From: a virus | DNA length: 64,000 nucleotides | Reading direction: 5' to 3' (one strand) | Virus record (IMG/VR): IMGVR_UViG_3300027719_000003 | Coordinates: 9,586-73,585 of that record | Part shown: positions 45,737-54,790 of the stretch, piece by piece | Position numbering within the stretch: the first letter of the stretch is position 1 | Layout: each line of letters begins with the position of its first letter | Translations under genes and position numbers: made by a program | Notes under the pieces: generated by a model | Database searches by the model: none | What the model saw: the letters and a program-made list of their open reading frames with translations, nothing else | Told to the model about the DNA's origin: nothing

Positions 45737-48700
45737 CTCCTTTCAGCGTTCCTGCTTCACTCATCTCTGCCCATGATCCATCGATCTCGGACTGCTCCTT
45801 TTCGATAGTCAGTGGTACGTTAATCCAGTCCCAATGCTCCCGTACCTTCTGCGTCCCATAATCCCAATACCAGTAATCAATCAAGTCCTGTTCACTTGGA
45901 TGGGCGTCGAAAATACAACTATCGTGAATCTCTCCAATGATCCTAGAGCGCTCCAGCCGCATGACCTTTTTATTGACTTGATTCATCGTCCATTGTAAAA
46001 TATGGTACGAACTGCCTTGCACTGGTGTATTGAATGTATTATTTCTACTCATAGGCCCATAACACTTGAACCCCGTCTTCAGCTCGACATACCCGTGCTT
46101 CTGGTAAAATTTCCATTGTGACTCACGCCATTCATTATGTACAGGAAAGCGGTCTTCCCACAGGATACGTTCTGCTTCCTGTATATGTCTCTCGAAATCA
46201 TCGAAATTCTTTACACCCTTGTCAAAAAGATGCTGGCGTAAATTATGTACCTCGGCGGTTTCCCACAAGTCCTTAGCAACCTGTTTGTAGAAAGAGCCAT
46301 AGAACTCGGCAAAAACAAATTGGCCCTTCACATCTCCACGTAATGCTTTTGTAACCTCCTCTGGTTTAAGCATGAAGCAATCGGCGGCAGAGTCTCGATG
46401 CATGTCGGTAGTAGGATCGAGCAGATACTTAATAAGTGTCGGGTCTTTTGAGAACATGCAATTCCCGGAAACTTCCAAAGATTTGTAGTCCATTTCTACA
46501 ATCCTATTACCTTTAGAGGGAGTTATGAACTCTCGCAGTAACTTTTTAGCGTTTTTGTCCCGCTTAGGTTGGTTTTGAACGTTTGGAGCGTTGGCAGAAT
46601 TATGCACGCAAATCTCATTGGCGATAAAGTTATGCGTATCCTCTACTTCCAGATCATACACATCCACTGCATCAGGAAGGACTTCTACAGCATAAACTGT
46701 TCTTACGCCGTCTGCCAAATACTCATAAGGCAAAATGACTCCTCCTAGCACTAGTTGGAATTTCTTCTCCTTCAGAAGCCTCCCTGCCTCAATATAATCC
46801 CCATCATTTTTACGAATCAAATGCTCTGGAGTTACATCGAGATGAATTTCATAAATGCCGTCCTCGTTATACCCTCCAATATAATGTAGCCGCACTACAT
46901 TACGATGCCCAGTCTTTCCTGCCCACAGGACACGTTTATGTGTCATGGTGTACTTATCCGAATACGTTATAGCGTATGCGTTCTCTATATCCTCTACATT
47001 CTCTATACACACTTCCCTAACATTATTTCCATTAGAGTCGCATATCAGTACCTTACTCCCCCTAGCCACGCAAGACCTAAAAGTATCTACCCTATTGATA
47101 TTAAAGTACGGATGAATCTTCCCACCAATCACCTCAGTCTTGTACTGTGCTATATATGTATTCCGCATCTTGAACAGCTTACGATACGCCAATATATCCT
47201 TTATGATCGGCACATCCAACTTCGCCAACGTCTCCTCATCCACGCTAGGCTTCTTGGCGTCGGTGTATTTTGTCGGTGTAAGCCCCATAATCTCATAGAG
47301 AAGTTTTGATAACTGTGGAGATGACTGATAATTAAACGTCCCATCTGTCCACTGTCCCAATAAGGGGCTTCCCATGATCTTCTGGTGCTGTACAAGCATC
47401 TGCGTGTCCAGTTCTTCCTGTACCTCCTGTAGCTTGTCAAGAGTGACATTGAACCCATTGGCCTGAGCAATCGTTAATGTCTGTGCCGACTCCATAAAGA
47501 ATTCAAAACCTTTACGCTGAAAGGCAGACATACGGGCAGACTGGCGATCAGCCAGCTTGAAGGTGTAGAGAGAATCCAAGGCACCATAGGTAAGTAAAGG
47601 TTCCATGGGGGCACGATGTATCTGGTTGATAGCGTTGGCACCATGTAGTTTCTCCTCTGCGGCAGTTGCCTTGAGATATTCATCCACCTCATCATCATAC
47701 CCAGAGTGGCCGAATTCAGTATAGACCATGAACTTGAGGCCCGTAGGCTTTTGGTTACTCAGGCAGTGTTGAGCAAGCATCGTATCCCAATCCCAGTTCG
47801 CTACCCAATAGCCGCATTGTACATACGTCCATAGCATCTCGAATGAAAGGTTCTGTGCTATTTTCTTGACATCTGAAAGCATAAGAGCCTTCCATGCGGC
47901 TTTGAACTTATCACTCGTAAAGAACGGGAATGAATAGGAAGCATAGCCATCGCTAATCGATACTGACCATATCTTCTGGCCTTCCCGGTGCGGCTTCCTT
48001 CCCGTGGTCTCATAGTCGAACGCCATACGCTTCCAGCTCATAGCCTGTTCAATCCACTCGATAGCCTTTGACTCATCCTGCGTGATGGCAGTCTGGTCTC
48101 TATAATCTATTAAAGATACTGGCTGTAGATTAAAGGCTTTATAGAGATGATCTTTCCACATACCATAGAAGGCTATGTCTCGTTCATACCGTGGCTTTGA
48201 TTCATTGCCATCATCATACGACTTCCGCTCCATCATAGACGCTACAGACCAGATCGGCGTGAGCCATGTCTTATATTCCTGATCGGGAATATGTTCTCCT
48301 ACAAAGGCAGAAAACGCTAGTCCGGTAATACGTCCAGAAAGGCGTGGCTCAATAAGCGAATCAAAGCCGGTTTCACCAAGAAGAATGATAGACACCGGCT
48401 TCAGCTTATTGATAAGGCTAAGAAGCCTAGAACGACAAGCGCTGATCTCCGTGAAGTTCGGGGCACGATTCTTTGATGGGGCACAATTGATAGCCGTAGT
48501 GTAGTAGCAATCCTTCGCCATGTCAATACCAAGCTGACGAAGGGTATCATGGATGAAACAATACTCTAGGCCAGAACCAAGCTCCCCAGCGTCGTCTTCA
48601 TCATAGGAAGGCCGAGTGCCAACGATAAGTACTTGCTTCTGGCCTTCCCCGGTGAAACGGAGCTTAGGGCTATGGCACCCCTCGTTCAGCCTACAATCTT

Positions 48701-48797
48701 CACACGACAAGGTAGAGCGTTTGACTGCTACCTTGGAGGACACCCGCTCATCGCCCCGAATGGTTGGGGCGTCCTCAAGTAAGTTAAAAAACCCCAA
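45714..48797 (-). CDS. polA: Family A DNA polymerase with N-terminal UDG-like (family 4) domain, 3'-5' exonuclease and an intein
   Basis: CEDCRL...C UDG4-type Cys pattern; FDYETTG ExoI; MDYKSLE motif A; R..VKGQFVFAEFYG motif B; EIHDS motif C. Confidence 0.92.
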   Translation of the reverse strand: MGFFNLLEDAPTIRGDERVSSKVAVKRSTLSCEDCRLNEGCHSPKLRFTGEGQKQVLIVGTRPSYDEDDAGELGSGLEYCFIHDTLRQLGIDMAKDCYYTTAINCAPSKNRAPNFTEISACRSRLLSLINKLKPVSIILLGETGFDSLIEPRLSGRITGLAFSAFVGEHIPDQEYKTWLTPIWSVASMMERKSYDDGNESKPRYERDIAFYGMWKDHLYKAFNLQPVSLIDYRDQTAITQDESKAIEWIEQAMSWKRMAFDYETTGRKPHREGQKIWSVSISDGYASYSFPFFTSDKFKAAWKALMLSDVKKIAQNLSFEMLWTYVQCGYWVANWDWDTMLAQHCLSNQKPTGLKFMVYTEFGHSGYDDEVDEYLKATAAEEKLHGANAINQIHRAPMEPLLTYGALDSLYTFKLADRQSARMSAFQRKGFEFFMESAQTLTIAQANGFNVTLDKLQEVQEELDTQMLVQHQKIMGSPLLGQWTDGTFNYQSSPQLSKLLYEIMGLTPTKYTDAKKPSVDEETLAKLDVPIIKDILAYRKLFKMRNTYIAQYKTEVIGGKIHPYFNINRVDTFRSCVARGSKVLICDSNGNNVREVCIENVEDIENAYAITYSDKYTMTHKRVLWAGKTGHRNVVRLHYIGGYNEDGIYEIHLDVTPEHLIRKNDGDYIEAGRLLKEKKFQLVLGGVILPYEYLADGVRTVYAVEVLPDAVDVYDLEVEDTHNFIANEICVHNSANAPNVQNQPKRDKNAKKLLREFITPSKGNRIVEMDYKSLEVSGNCMFSKDPTLIKYLLDPTTDMHRDSAADCFMLKPEEVTKALRGDVKGQFVFAEFYGSFYKQVAKDLWETAEVHNLRQHLFDKGVKNFDDFERHIQEAERILWEDRFPVHNEWRESQWKFYQKHGYVELKTGFKCYGPMSRNNTFNTPVQGSSYHILQWTMNQVNKKVMRLERSRIIGEIHDSCIFDAHPSEQDLIDYWYWDYGTQKVREHWDWINVPLTIEKEQSEIDGSWAEMSEAGTLKGDADASNY
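46599..47072 (-). mobile_element. Mini-intein (158 aa) in PolA
   Basis: FRS|CVARGSKV...VTPEH (block B)...VYDLEVEDTHNFIANEICVHN|S; no endonuclease domain. Confidence 0.93.
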
Positions 48798-48807
48798 TCA
48801 GTCCTCC

Positions 48808-49575
48808 TTATGCTTCTTCTATCCGTTTCTTAGCGATCTCAAAGTAAGTATCGTCTTTTTCTATACCGATGAATCTTCTGTATAGGTTCTTGCAAGCTAC
48901 TCCTGTACTGCCCGAACCCATAGCATTGTCTAACACAATCTCGCCTTCAAGCGTGTAGGTCTTAATCAGGTATTCAAGAAGGGCTACTGGCTTTTGAGTT
49001 GGATGCACTTTTCCACGTGCATCCCTAGCAAAGTATATAAGTTGTTTGGCTAATAGCTTATCTGGTTCGTAATCTCTACCATGATAATTCTGGGTTTCAT
49101 CCATCACTGTCTCTGACCAAGAATCCCCCATCACATCTTTCACATTTTTAGTAATCTTACTGGGATTTTTAGAAAGATGCCTACGGGATACCCCTGCTGG
49201 ATTTATGGTTTTCTGTGAATTATACGTGGGCTGATGCGCATAAAACACACTTATAATTTCTATTATTTTTATGGGCATTTTATTACCAAAAAGAAAGTTT
49301 GCCCCTTTGTCTTTCTCCCAGTACCAGTCATAGCGGTAATCCTTTATATTACTCAGCCTCAAAGAACTTGAAAACGGCTCACTACCAAACAAAACTATAG
49401 CGCCATCGTTCTTAATGATTCTCTTATATTGCTCCCATAGTGGCTCAAACGGGATAACCGCGTCCCACTTACATTTTGTAGTGCCATAAGGAAGATCACA
49501 TAGAATCATATCGACGCTTTTATCTGCTATGCTTTGCATTTCAACAAGACAGTCACCATGAATTAGTGTCGCCAT
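48808..49575 (-). CDS. Orphan amino-DNA methyltransferase (N6A/N4C, beta class)
   Basis: ILCDLPYG motif IV, HPTQKP, LDNAMGSGSTG motif I. Confidence 0.92.
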   Translation of the reverse strand: MATLIHGDCLVEMQSIADKSVDMILCDLPYGTTKCKWDAVIPFEPLWEQYKRIIKNDGAIVLFGSEPFSSSLRLSNIKDYRYDWYWEKDKGANFLFGNKMPIKIIEIISVFYAHQPTYNSQKTINPAGVSRRHLSKNPSKITKNVKDVMGDSWSETVMDETQNYHGRDYEPDKLLAKQLIYFARDARGKVHPTQKPVALLEYLIKTYTLEGEIVLDNAMGSGSTGVACKNLYRRFIGIEKDDTYFEIAKKRIEEA

Positions 49576-49585
49576 TCCTACCTCC

Positions 49586-50623
49586 TTACTTCAACGTATT
49601 CAGCATCAACGTACTTCGTTCTCCATACAGCACCAGCATCAGATACTCATGTGTATCCCGCTGTATATGCTTCACACCCATCTTCGTACTCTTCTTGAGG
49701 CCATACAAGAACTGTGTATAGTCTACTTTGAGCGTCACCGGCTCTACATCCAACGGCTCATCAAACTCCACCAATTCCTCATAAGCATCAGAACCGCTAT
49801 GCGTTTTCACCTCTATACCTTCAGGAGATATCGTAATCTCTATCGGGTGTAAATTCTCTTCAGTAGCAGTAAATGGTGCCGCCCTGTTCGCCGCTTCGAG
49901 TAGCCCTACCGGGATATCAAAGTTCGGCACTTCTTCGATCTTACACATACCGTAGTACGTCCTTATAAGGTCAGTCTGGTACTGCTCATCATTCAAGCGC
50001 CTAAACGCCATCACAGTAGCACCATCAGTAATCCAGAGATGTGATTGTGATACACCATACGAGCTGAAGATATTCCCCGCTTTAATGATGACCTTGACAC
50101 CAGAATCGTTAATCCAGAACCTCGGGGAATCCTTGGAAAGCTCCACGAAGTTTATCCTATTGCGATCAGTGGACATGGCTGAGAACCCATCGAACAGGAT
50201 ACCGGCAAAGGTAGTCTTGTTGCCGGGGATAAGGCACGATACGAAAGCATCGTAGTAATCTGACGGCAGATCAATCATAGGCGGCGGGGCCAAGTAGAGA
50301 ACAGAATTCTTCGTTACCGGGAACGTCTTGAGAGACGCCTTAGCCTTGCCACCCTTGAGTATAAGCACCGCATCCTTTAACTCTATGCTTACTTCCGGCA
50401 CGGCGTAACGCTTGAGCGTCGTGAGAAGGTCATAGATGGAAACGCTTACCTCAAGCTCTTCAGAGAACTTGAATTTGGTTTTGATTGCTATGGTATCAGA
50501 GAATGTGTAGAGGTGGCCGTTGAAGGCTGTAACCCTATCACACCCGCTGATCTGCGTACTGGTAGAAGCCCCCGGCACTACAATCTCCAAAGCCGCTATT
50601 AGTTTTAGTCGATCTACTTTCAT
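49586..50623 (-). CDS. Sliding clamp (DNA Pol III beta-like)
   Basis: 345 aa, MKVDRLKLIAAL start, AGILF...STDRNR pattern; clamp loader present in the same arm. Confidence 0.7.
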   Translation of the reverse strand: MKVDRLKLIAALEIVVPGASTSTQISGCDRVTAFNGHLYTFSDTIAIKTKFKFSEELEVSVSIYDLLTTLKRYAVPEVSIELKDAVLILKGGKAKASLKTFPVTKNSVLYLAPPPMIDLPSDYYDAFVSCLIPGNKTTFAGILFDGFSAMSTDRNRINFVELSKDSPRFWINDSGVKVIIKAGNIFSSYGVSQSHLWITDGATVMAFRRLNDEQYQTDLIRTYYGMCKIEEVPNFDIPVGLLEAANRAAPFTATEENLHPIEITISPEGIEVKTHSGSDAYEELVEFDEPLDVEPVTLKVDYTQFLYGLKKSTKMGVKHIQRDTHEYLMLVLYGERSTLMLNTLK

Positions 50624-50814
50624 TCGTCATCCTCATCACAATCGTTATGGTGCTCTTCCTTCACTTCAACCGAAGTATCCCACTCTATCGCCGTGCTCAC
50701 ATCTAAGATACTACCACAGTCAGGACACTCCAGTTCCTCATTGCTCAATTCAGTGTCGCCCCACATGGTATGGTCGCACACCGGGCACTCTATAGTCCAA
50801 GATGACATTATCAT
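50620..50814 (-). CDS. Small acidic Zn-ribbon protein
   Basis: CPVC...CPDC; GGAGG RBS. Confidence 0.65.
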   Translation of the reverse strand: MIMSSWTIECPVCDHTMWGDTELSNEELECPDCGSILDVSTAIEWDTSVEVKEEHHNDCDEDDE

Positions 50815-50823
50815 ACCAACCTC

Positions 50824-51012
50824 CTAGTCTGTTATAACGCTACAAACCTCATCTATAGATGAACCAAACAACCCCTCATTGTCTCTATAGAAGTGCCGTA
50901 GTCGATCACACGCATACTGAATAATCTGTGCTTCAAATGCGTCCACGGCCATCAGTGTATACACGTTCTCACTAACACCTAGCTTACTCAATAGGCGCTC
51001 TGTATCATTCAT
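50824..51012 (-). CDS. Hypothetical protein
   Basis: AGGAG RBS. Confidence 0.6.
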   Translation of the reverse strand: MNDTERLLSKLGVSENVYTLMAVDAFEAQIIQYACDRLRHFYRDNEGLFGSSIDEVCSVITD

Positions 51013-51020
51013 GCTGGCTC

Positions 51021-51212
51021 CTACTTGTCATAAAGACAATCCCCATTAGAATTGTACCCATCATACGCCAGCGAACATATTGTCACAGCGGCACACTGGT
51101 CACAGGTACACTCTACTGACCCTTCATGTTCTTTATGAAATCGTCCACGCATTACTATCAATTCAGTAAAGGAATTATGCCGCGCCCACTCGTCAAGTAT
51201 CTCTGTTTTCAT
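51021..51212 (-). CDS. Small Cys-rich protein
   Basis: CTCDQC...C...YNSNGDCL. Confidence 0.6.
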   Translation of the reverse strand: MKTEILDEWARHNSFTELIVMRGRFHKEHEGSVECTCDQCAAVTICSLAYDGYNSNGDCLYDK

Positions 51213-51391
51213 GTCGGAATCTCTATCCTTTCGTACCCATCACCTTTTTGACGAAGCTGAAACACTATAGCGGGCCTCCTACAATGAGAGCATCGCCACC
51301 CATTGAGTACGTCGAAAGTAGCCAGATTAGCAGGGCCTTCACGATGACAATAAGGACAAACATAGACATAAGCATTACACTCGTCATTCAT
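51209..51391 (-). CDS. Small Zn-ribbon protein
   Basis: CPYC...CSHC. Confidence 0.6.
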   Translation of the reverse strand: MNDECNAYVYVCPYCHREGPANLATFDVLNGWRCSHCRRPAIVFQLRQKGDGYERIEIPT

Positions 51392-51618
51392 ACTTGTCCC
51401 CCCTTAATCATCTCATCCCACACCTTATCACGAAAACGGCGCAATATCGCTATCTGTTCGTCAAAATCAGTAAGATCACGTTGTAGCCGTTTCTTAACAT
51501 TGTCCTTTTCTCGTTCAATCATTTGTATTTCATCATGGATGCCATACACAATAACTTCACGTCGTTTCTCTATTGGGAGTGCATTAAACAGATCACTCCA
51601 TGCCTTTTCTGTGTTCAT
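51388..51618 (-). CDS. Small coiled-coil protein
   Basis: Overlapping start and stop. Confidence 0.6.
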   Translation of the reverse strand: MNTEKAWSDLFNALPIEKRREVIVYGIHDEIQMIEREKDNVKKRLQRDLTDFDEQIAILRRFRDKVWDEMIKGGQV

Positions 51619-51824
51619 TAGTCCCCCTCTAACTTCTTACTGGTCTCTATTACTATTTCTAGGTATGTTTGCAATCTAAAAGTATTTCCACAAATATCAC
51701 ATTTTACTTTTTGGTCTATGTGATTAGTTGGCCCAGAAAAACGAGCGTAATAATTGTCATATTGAGCATCGCAATATGGGCAATAAAACTCGAACTCGTA
51801 AATGGAATCACTAGAGTTTGTCAT
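51618..51824 (-). CDS. Small Zn-ribbon protein
   Basis: CPYC...CDIC. Confidence 0.6.
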   Translation of the reverse strand: MTNSSDSIYEFEFYCPYCDAQYDNYYARFSGPTNHIDQKVKCDICGNTFRLQTYLEIVIETSKKLEGD

Positions 51825-53218
51825 TCTGCCATCTCCTCAGCCAACCGGCTATCCAACACAAACTTGCCTATCCGCAGACACGTCAAGGCACACGCCTCAT
51901 CCCATCGACTTTGTTCATCTCGATCAAGTAAGACCTTCCACCTCATTATGCCTTTCGGCTTCTCTAGGTTCGTCTGGTTCAATGCTATGAACTTGCTTAC
52001 GTGTGCCAGCTTACGCATATCTTCAGCCACGTTGTCGCTCGTAAGATCATCCCCACTCAAACCTGCCCTGTTCGTCTGCGTTGCGGTTAGTACAAGGATA
52101 TTGCGTTCCTGCGCCAACCGCTTCAGATTCGACCAGATATCATCAAGCTGGTGCCTATACTCATTATTTTTAGCACCCATAAGGTCAGCATAATCGATTA
52201 TCAAAATATCAGTTTCGTAGTCATTATAATATAACAGATTATCCAGAACCGTCTCAATGTCCTTTACCGTTGTAGCTTTGGCGGGCATAGGGATGAACCT
52301 ACAATCACCACCACGAAACATACGCTTGATCGTGGACTGCACTTCTGCTACATTCTGAAGGTTCGTTGCTTCCTTGTACACGTCCTTACTCTGTATGCGC
52401 CACTTCGTATCTTCCGTGATCCCCTCATCCACTTCCTTATCCGGTACAAAGTATGGCATAGAAACTGTCGCGTCGATCTTGGGGCTTCCCGTGAGTGACT
52501 GCCACGCCCTTCTTAGTATCTGTGCCTTGGGCATTTCCAACGTTATGAAAACACAACGCTGTCCCTGTGACATCGCCGTCTCTGCACTATAGAGAAGCCC
52601 CCACGTCTTACCGCGCTTCACCGGCGCTATAAACGATATCAAGTCCCCTCTACGGCACGGCCCTACTACCTTACCAACAGCACCCGGAAATGTCAAGGCC
52701 ACTTCAGCTTCTTCTATGAACGCCGATATGATATCACCCGGACGATGCAGGATAGAGTAGCCATCACCTTCGGGCTTCCCCACTCGCTTATAGTTCGCTA
52801 TGGCACTTTCACCAGAAGCAGGATCGCCAGAAGCAATGGAAGCATTCAGCTCCTCTACGGTAAGCTCTAGTGAACGGGTCTTGAGGTAGTTGATAGCCTG
52901 ATCGATATAGAAGTCGATATTGGAATCATAGTTCGCATCGTTGGAAAGGTTCTGTAGAAATTCTGCTACTGACTCCTGCTCCTCCTCATCACGTAAAGCC
53001 TTTCGGCGCTCAATGTATATATCCTGTATAGCCGCTCCCGGAACGTCATCAAATCGATCTACATATTCTTGTACCCATTCTGACACCACTTGCGCGTAAC
53101 GAGTCTTGAGCGCCCGTGGCTTCAAGAGAGGCAATACTTCTTTAGCAAATTGCTTTGATGTGATTAGATGCGTTATTAGTTGTCGTTCAGGAGATAAGTC
53201 AAGTTTTGTTCGCGTCAC
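51821..53218 (-). CDS. Replicative helicase, DnaB-like
   Basis: APVKRGKT Walker A, ITLEM, IIDYADLM, TATQTNR. Confidence 0.9.
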   Translation of the reverse strand: MTRTKLDLSPERQLITHLITSKQFAKEVLPLLKPRALKTRYAQVVSEWVQEYVDRFDDVPGAAIQDIYIERRKALRDEEEQESVAEFLQNLSNDANYDSNIDFYIDQAINYLKTRSLELTVEELNASIASGDPASGESAIANYKRVGKPEGDGYSILHRPGDIISAFIEEAEVALTFPGAVGKVVGPCRRGDLISFIAPVKRGKTWGLLYSAETAMSQGQRCVFITLEMPKAQILRRAWQSLTGSPKIDATVSMPYFVPDKEVDEGITEDTKWRIQSKDVYKEATNLQNVAEVQSTIKRMFRGGDCRFIPMPAKATTVKDIETVLDNLLYYNDYETDILIIDYADLMGAKNNEYRHQLDDIWSNLKRLAQERNILVLTATQTNRAGLSGDDLTSDNVAEDMRKLAHVSKFIALNQTNLEKPKGIMRWKVLLDRDEQSRWDEACALTCLRIGKFVLDSRLAEEMAE

Positions 53219-53226
53219 GCATCCCC

Positions 53227-53400
53227 CTATTTCCCACGTGTATCCCTCTCACTAGGATTGTTGTCTCCACAGTATATACAACAATACCCCAAAATCACGG
53301 GACTTCCACACTTCTGGCACTCTTCAATGTGCAAATACATATCTGATAATTCAGCTTTTTTCTTTTTCCACTCTTCCTCTGTTAACTGCTTATACGGCAT
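53227..53400 (-). CDS. Small Zn-ribbon protein (57 aa)
   Basis: MPYKQLTEEEW...CQKCG...CCIYCGD...GK*; below ORF-track cutoff. Confidence 0.55.
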   Translation of the reverse strand: MPYKQLTEEEWKKKKAELSDMYLHIEECQKCGSPVILGYCCIYCGDNNPSERDTRGK

Positions 53401-54097
53401 CGTTCATGTCCTCCCGTTTCGGCTCCTTTGATAGAACAGAATACAATTTCTGTAGCTGAGACCTCCCAACCTCATCGAATTCCTCTGGCACCAACCCCAA
53501 ATCCACCGCATCAAGCTGATCCTTGAAGTCTTCATAGGAAGTAAATCCACGTTCTACAATAGCTCCGATGATATTCAGTACAGAATAAATGTGGGAATTC
53601 CCCGCAAAGTTCCCCCGATCCTTGTACTTGTAGCTTCGTATAAGGGAACTCAAGGGATATTCTGAACCGCAGAACCATGTATCCTCCAACAGATGCGCAT
53701 TCCTCCAATGATCGCTGTAGTATACTGATGTTACATTCCTATCGTTGATTTCAGCCCCTATTTGAATATGGGCGTAATCGAATGAATCCACAAGCTCTTT
53801 GAGAGAAGGATGAAGATAATTACATAGCTGTACTATGGTGCCCCCAAGTCTTATTGTAGTGGCATTTTTAGTGGTGGATAAAACAGGAATGTTATCGAAA
53901 TCCAAACGTTCAAAAGACGATTTTCCCAAAGATAGCTTTCCTGTAGGGTAAATATCAATATCATTCGGAGGAGACTTGTTAAGTGAATTGCCCCCAACAT
54001 AAAAATTAAGAATACCCAAATCCTGCAAAGCAGCTATTGGTACACGCTTATGAACCCTATCGATAATCCTAGTAGCAATCGTTTCAGTTATCTCCAC
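53390..54097 (-). CDS. Putative Pol-beta-superfamily nucleotidyltransferase
   Basis: YVGGNSL...NDIDIY, NATT, SFDY resemble a CCA/poly(A)-polymerase head domain. Confidence 0.6.
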   Translation of the reverse strand: MEITETIATRIIDRVHKRVPIAALQDLGILNFYVGGNSLNKSPPNDIDIYPTGKLSLGKSSFERLDFDNIPVLSTTKNATTIRLGGTIVQLCNYLHPSLKELVDSFDYAHIQIGAEINDRNVTSVYYSDHWRNAHLLEDTWFCGSEYPLSSLIRSYKYKDRGNFAGNSHIYSVLNIIGAIVERGFTSYEDFKDQLDAVDLGLVPEEFDEVGRSQLQKLYSVLSKEPKREDMNDAV

Positions 54098-54548
54098 TTT
54101 GTACCTCCATTATAGCCGAACGAATTGAATCCTGTGTCCATACATATGATCCAAGTACCTTATCATAGGAAGTAGGATTACGGAGATGAGCTATAGCCTT
54201 GTCCGCACATTCTTGTCGGACTCTCTCCCGATCTGCTATAATAGCCATAATCGATTCATTAAGGGTAAGCTCATTGCGAATATCAAGAGCCAAGGACATA
54301 CCTTCACAAGCCTCGTTACAGTGTAAATAATCACGTGGCATCCTTTTGGCAGTAGTGACACGACTACGCCCCTCTTCAAGTTCTGCGGACTCAACAAATG
54401 CACATACTCGATCTTTTATGTTTGATGGGTATTCTGCAAACTTATCATAACTCATAAGCTCACCAAGCAGGCCAGCTCCTTCATTTCTGATTGCTACTGG
54501 ATCATCCCAAGGAAAGTCTGGCCGTTCCTTCCACCTTTCGTCGTTCAT
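54084..54548 (-). CDS. Hypothetical protein
   Basis: GGGAG RBS. Confidence 0.6.
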   Translation of the reverse strand: MNDERWKERPDFPWDDPVAIRNEGAGLLGELMSYDKFAEYPSNIKDRVCAFVESAELEEGRSRVTTAKRMPRDYLHCNEACEGMSLALDIRNELTLNESIMAIIADRERVRQECADKAIAHLRNPTSYDKVLGSYVWTQDSIRSAIMEVQSGDN

Positions 54549-54549
54549 A

Positions 54550-54789
54550 TTACTTCTCCCTCATCCTTCGCTCTGCCCCATTGAGAACAGACAAGGCATC
54601 ATCCATATCGAACGCCCAATTCACACGCAGTTCTTCGACTATGGCTTTGCCGAAAGCATCCTGTTGTTCCATCAGGGCATATACCGCATCCATAGCGATA
54701 ATATAGATTAACTGCGTCTCTTCAGGAAGCACCCTTATCCTGCTTAAATATTTCTTCTGCCACAAGGTAAGCCGCTCACTGATATCCAT
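54550..54789 (-). CDS. Hypothetical protein
   Basis: GGGGG RBS; tight packing. Confidence 0.6.
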   Translation of the reverse strand: MDISERLTLWQKKYLSRIRVLPEETQLIYIIAMDAVYALMEQQDAFGKAIVEELRVNWAFDMDDALSVLNGAERRMREK

Positions 54790-54790
54790 A

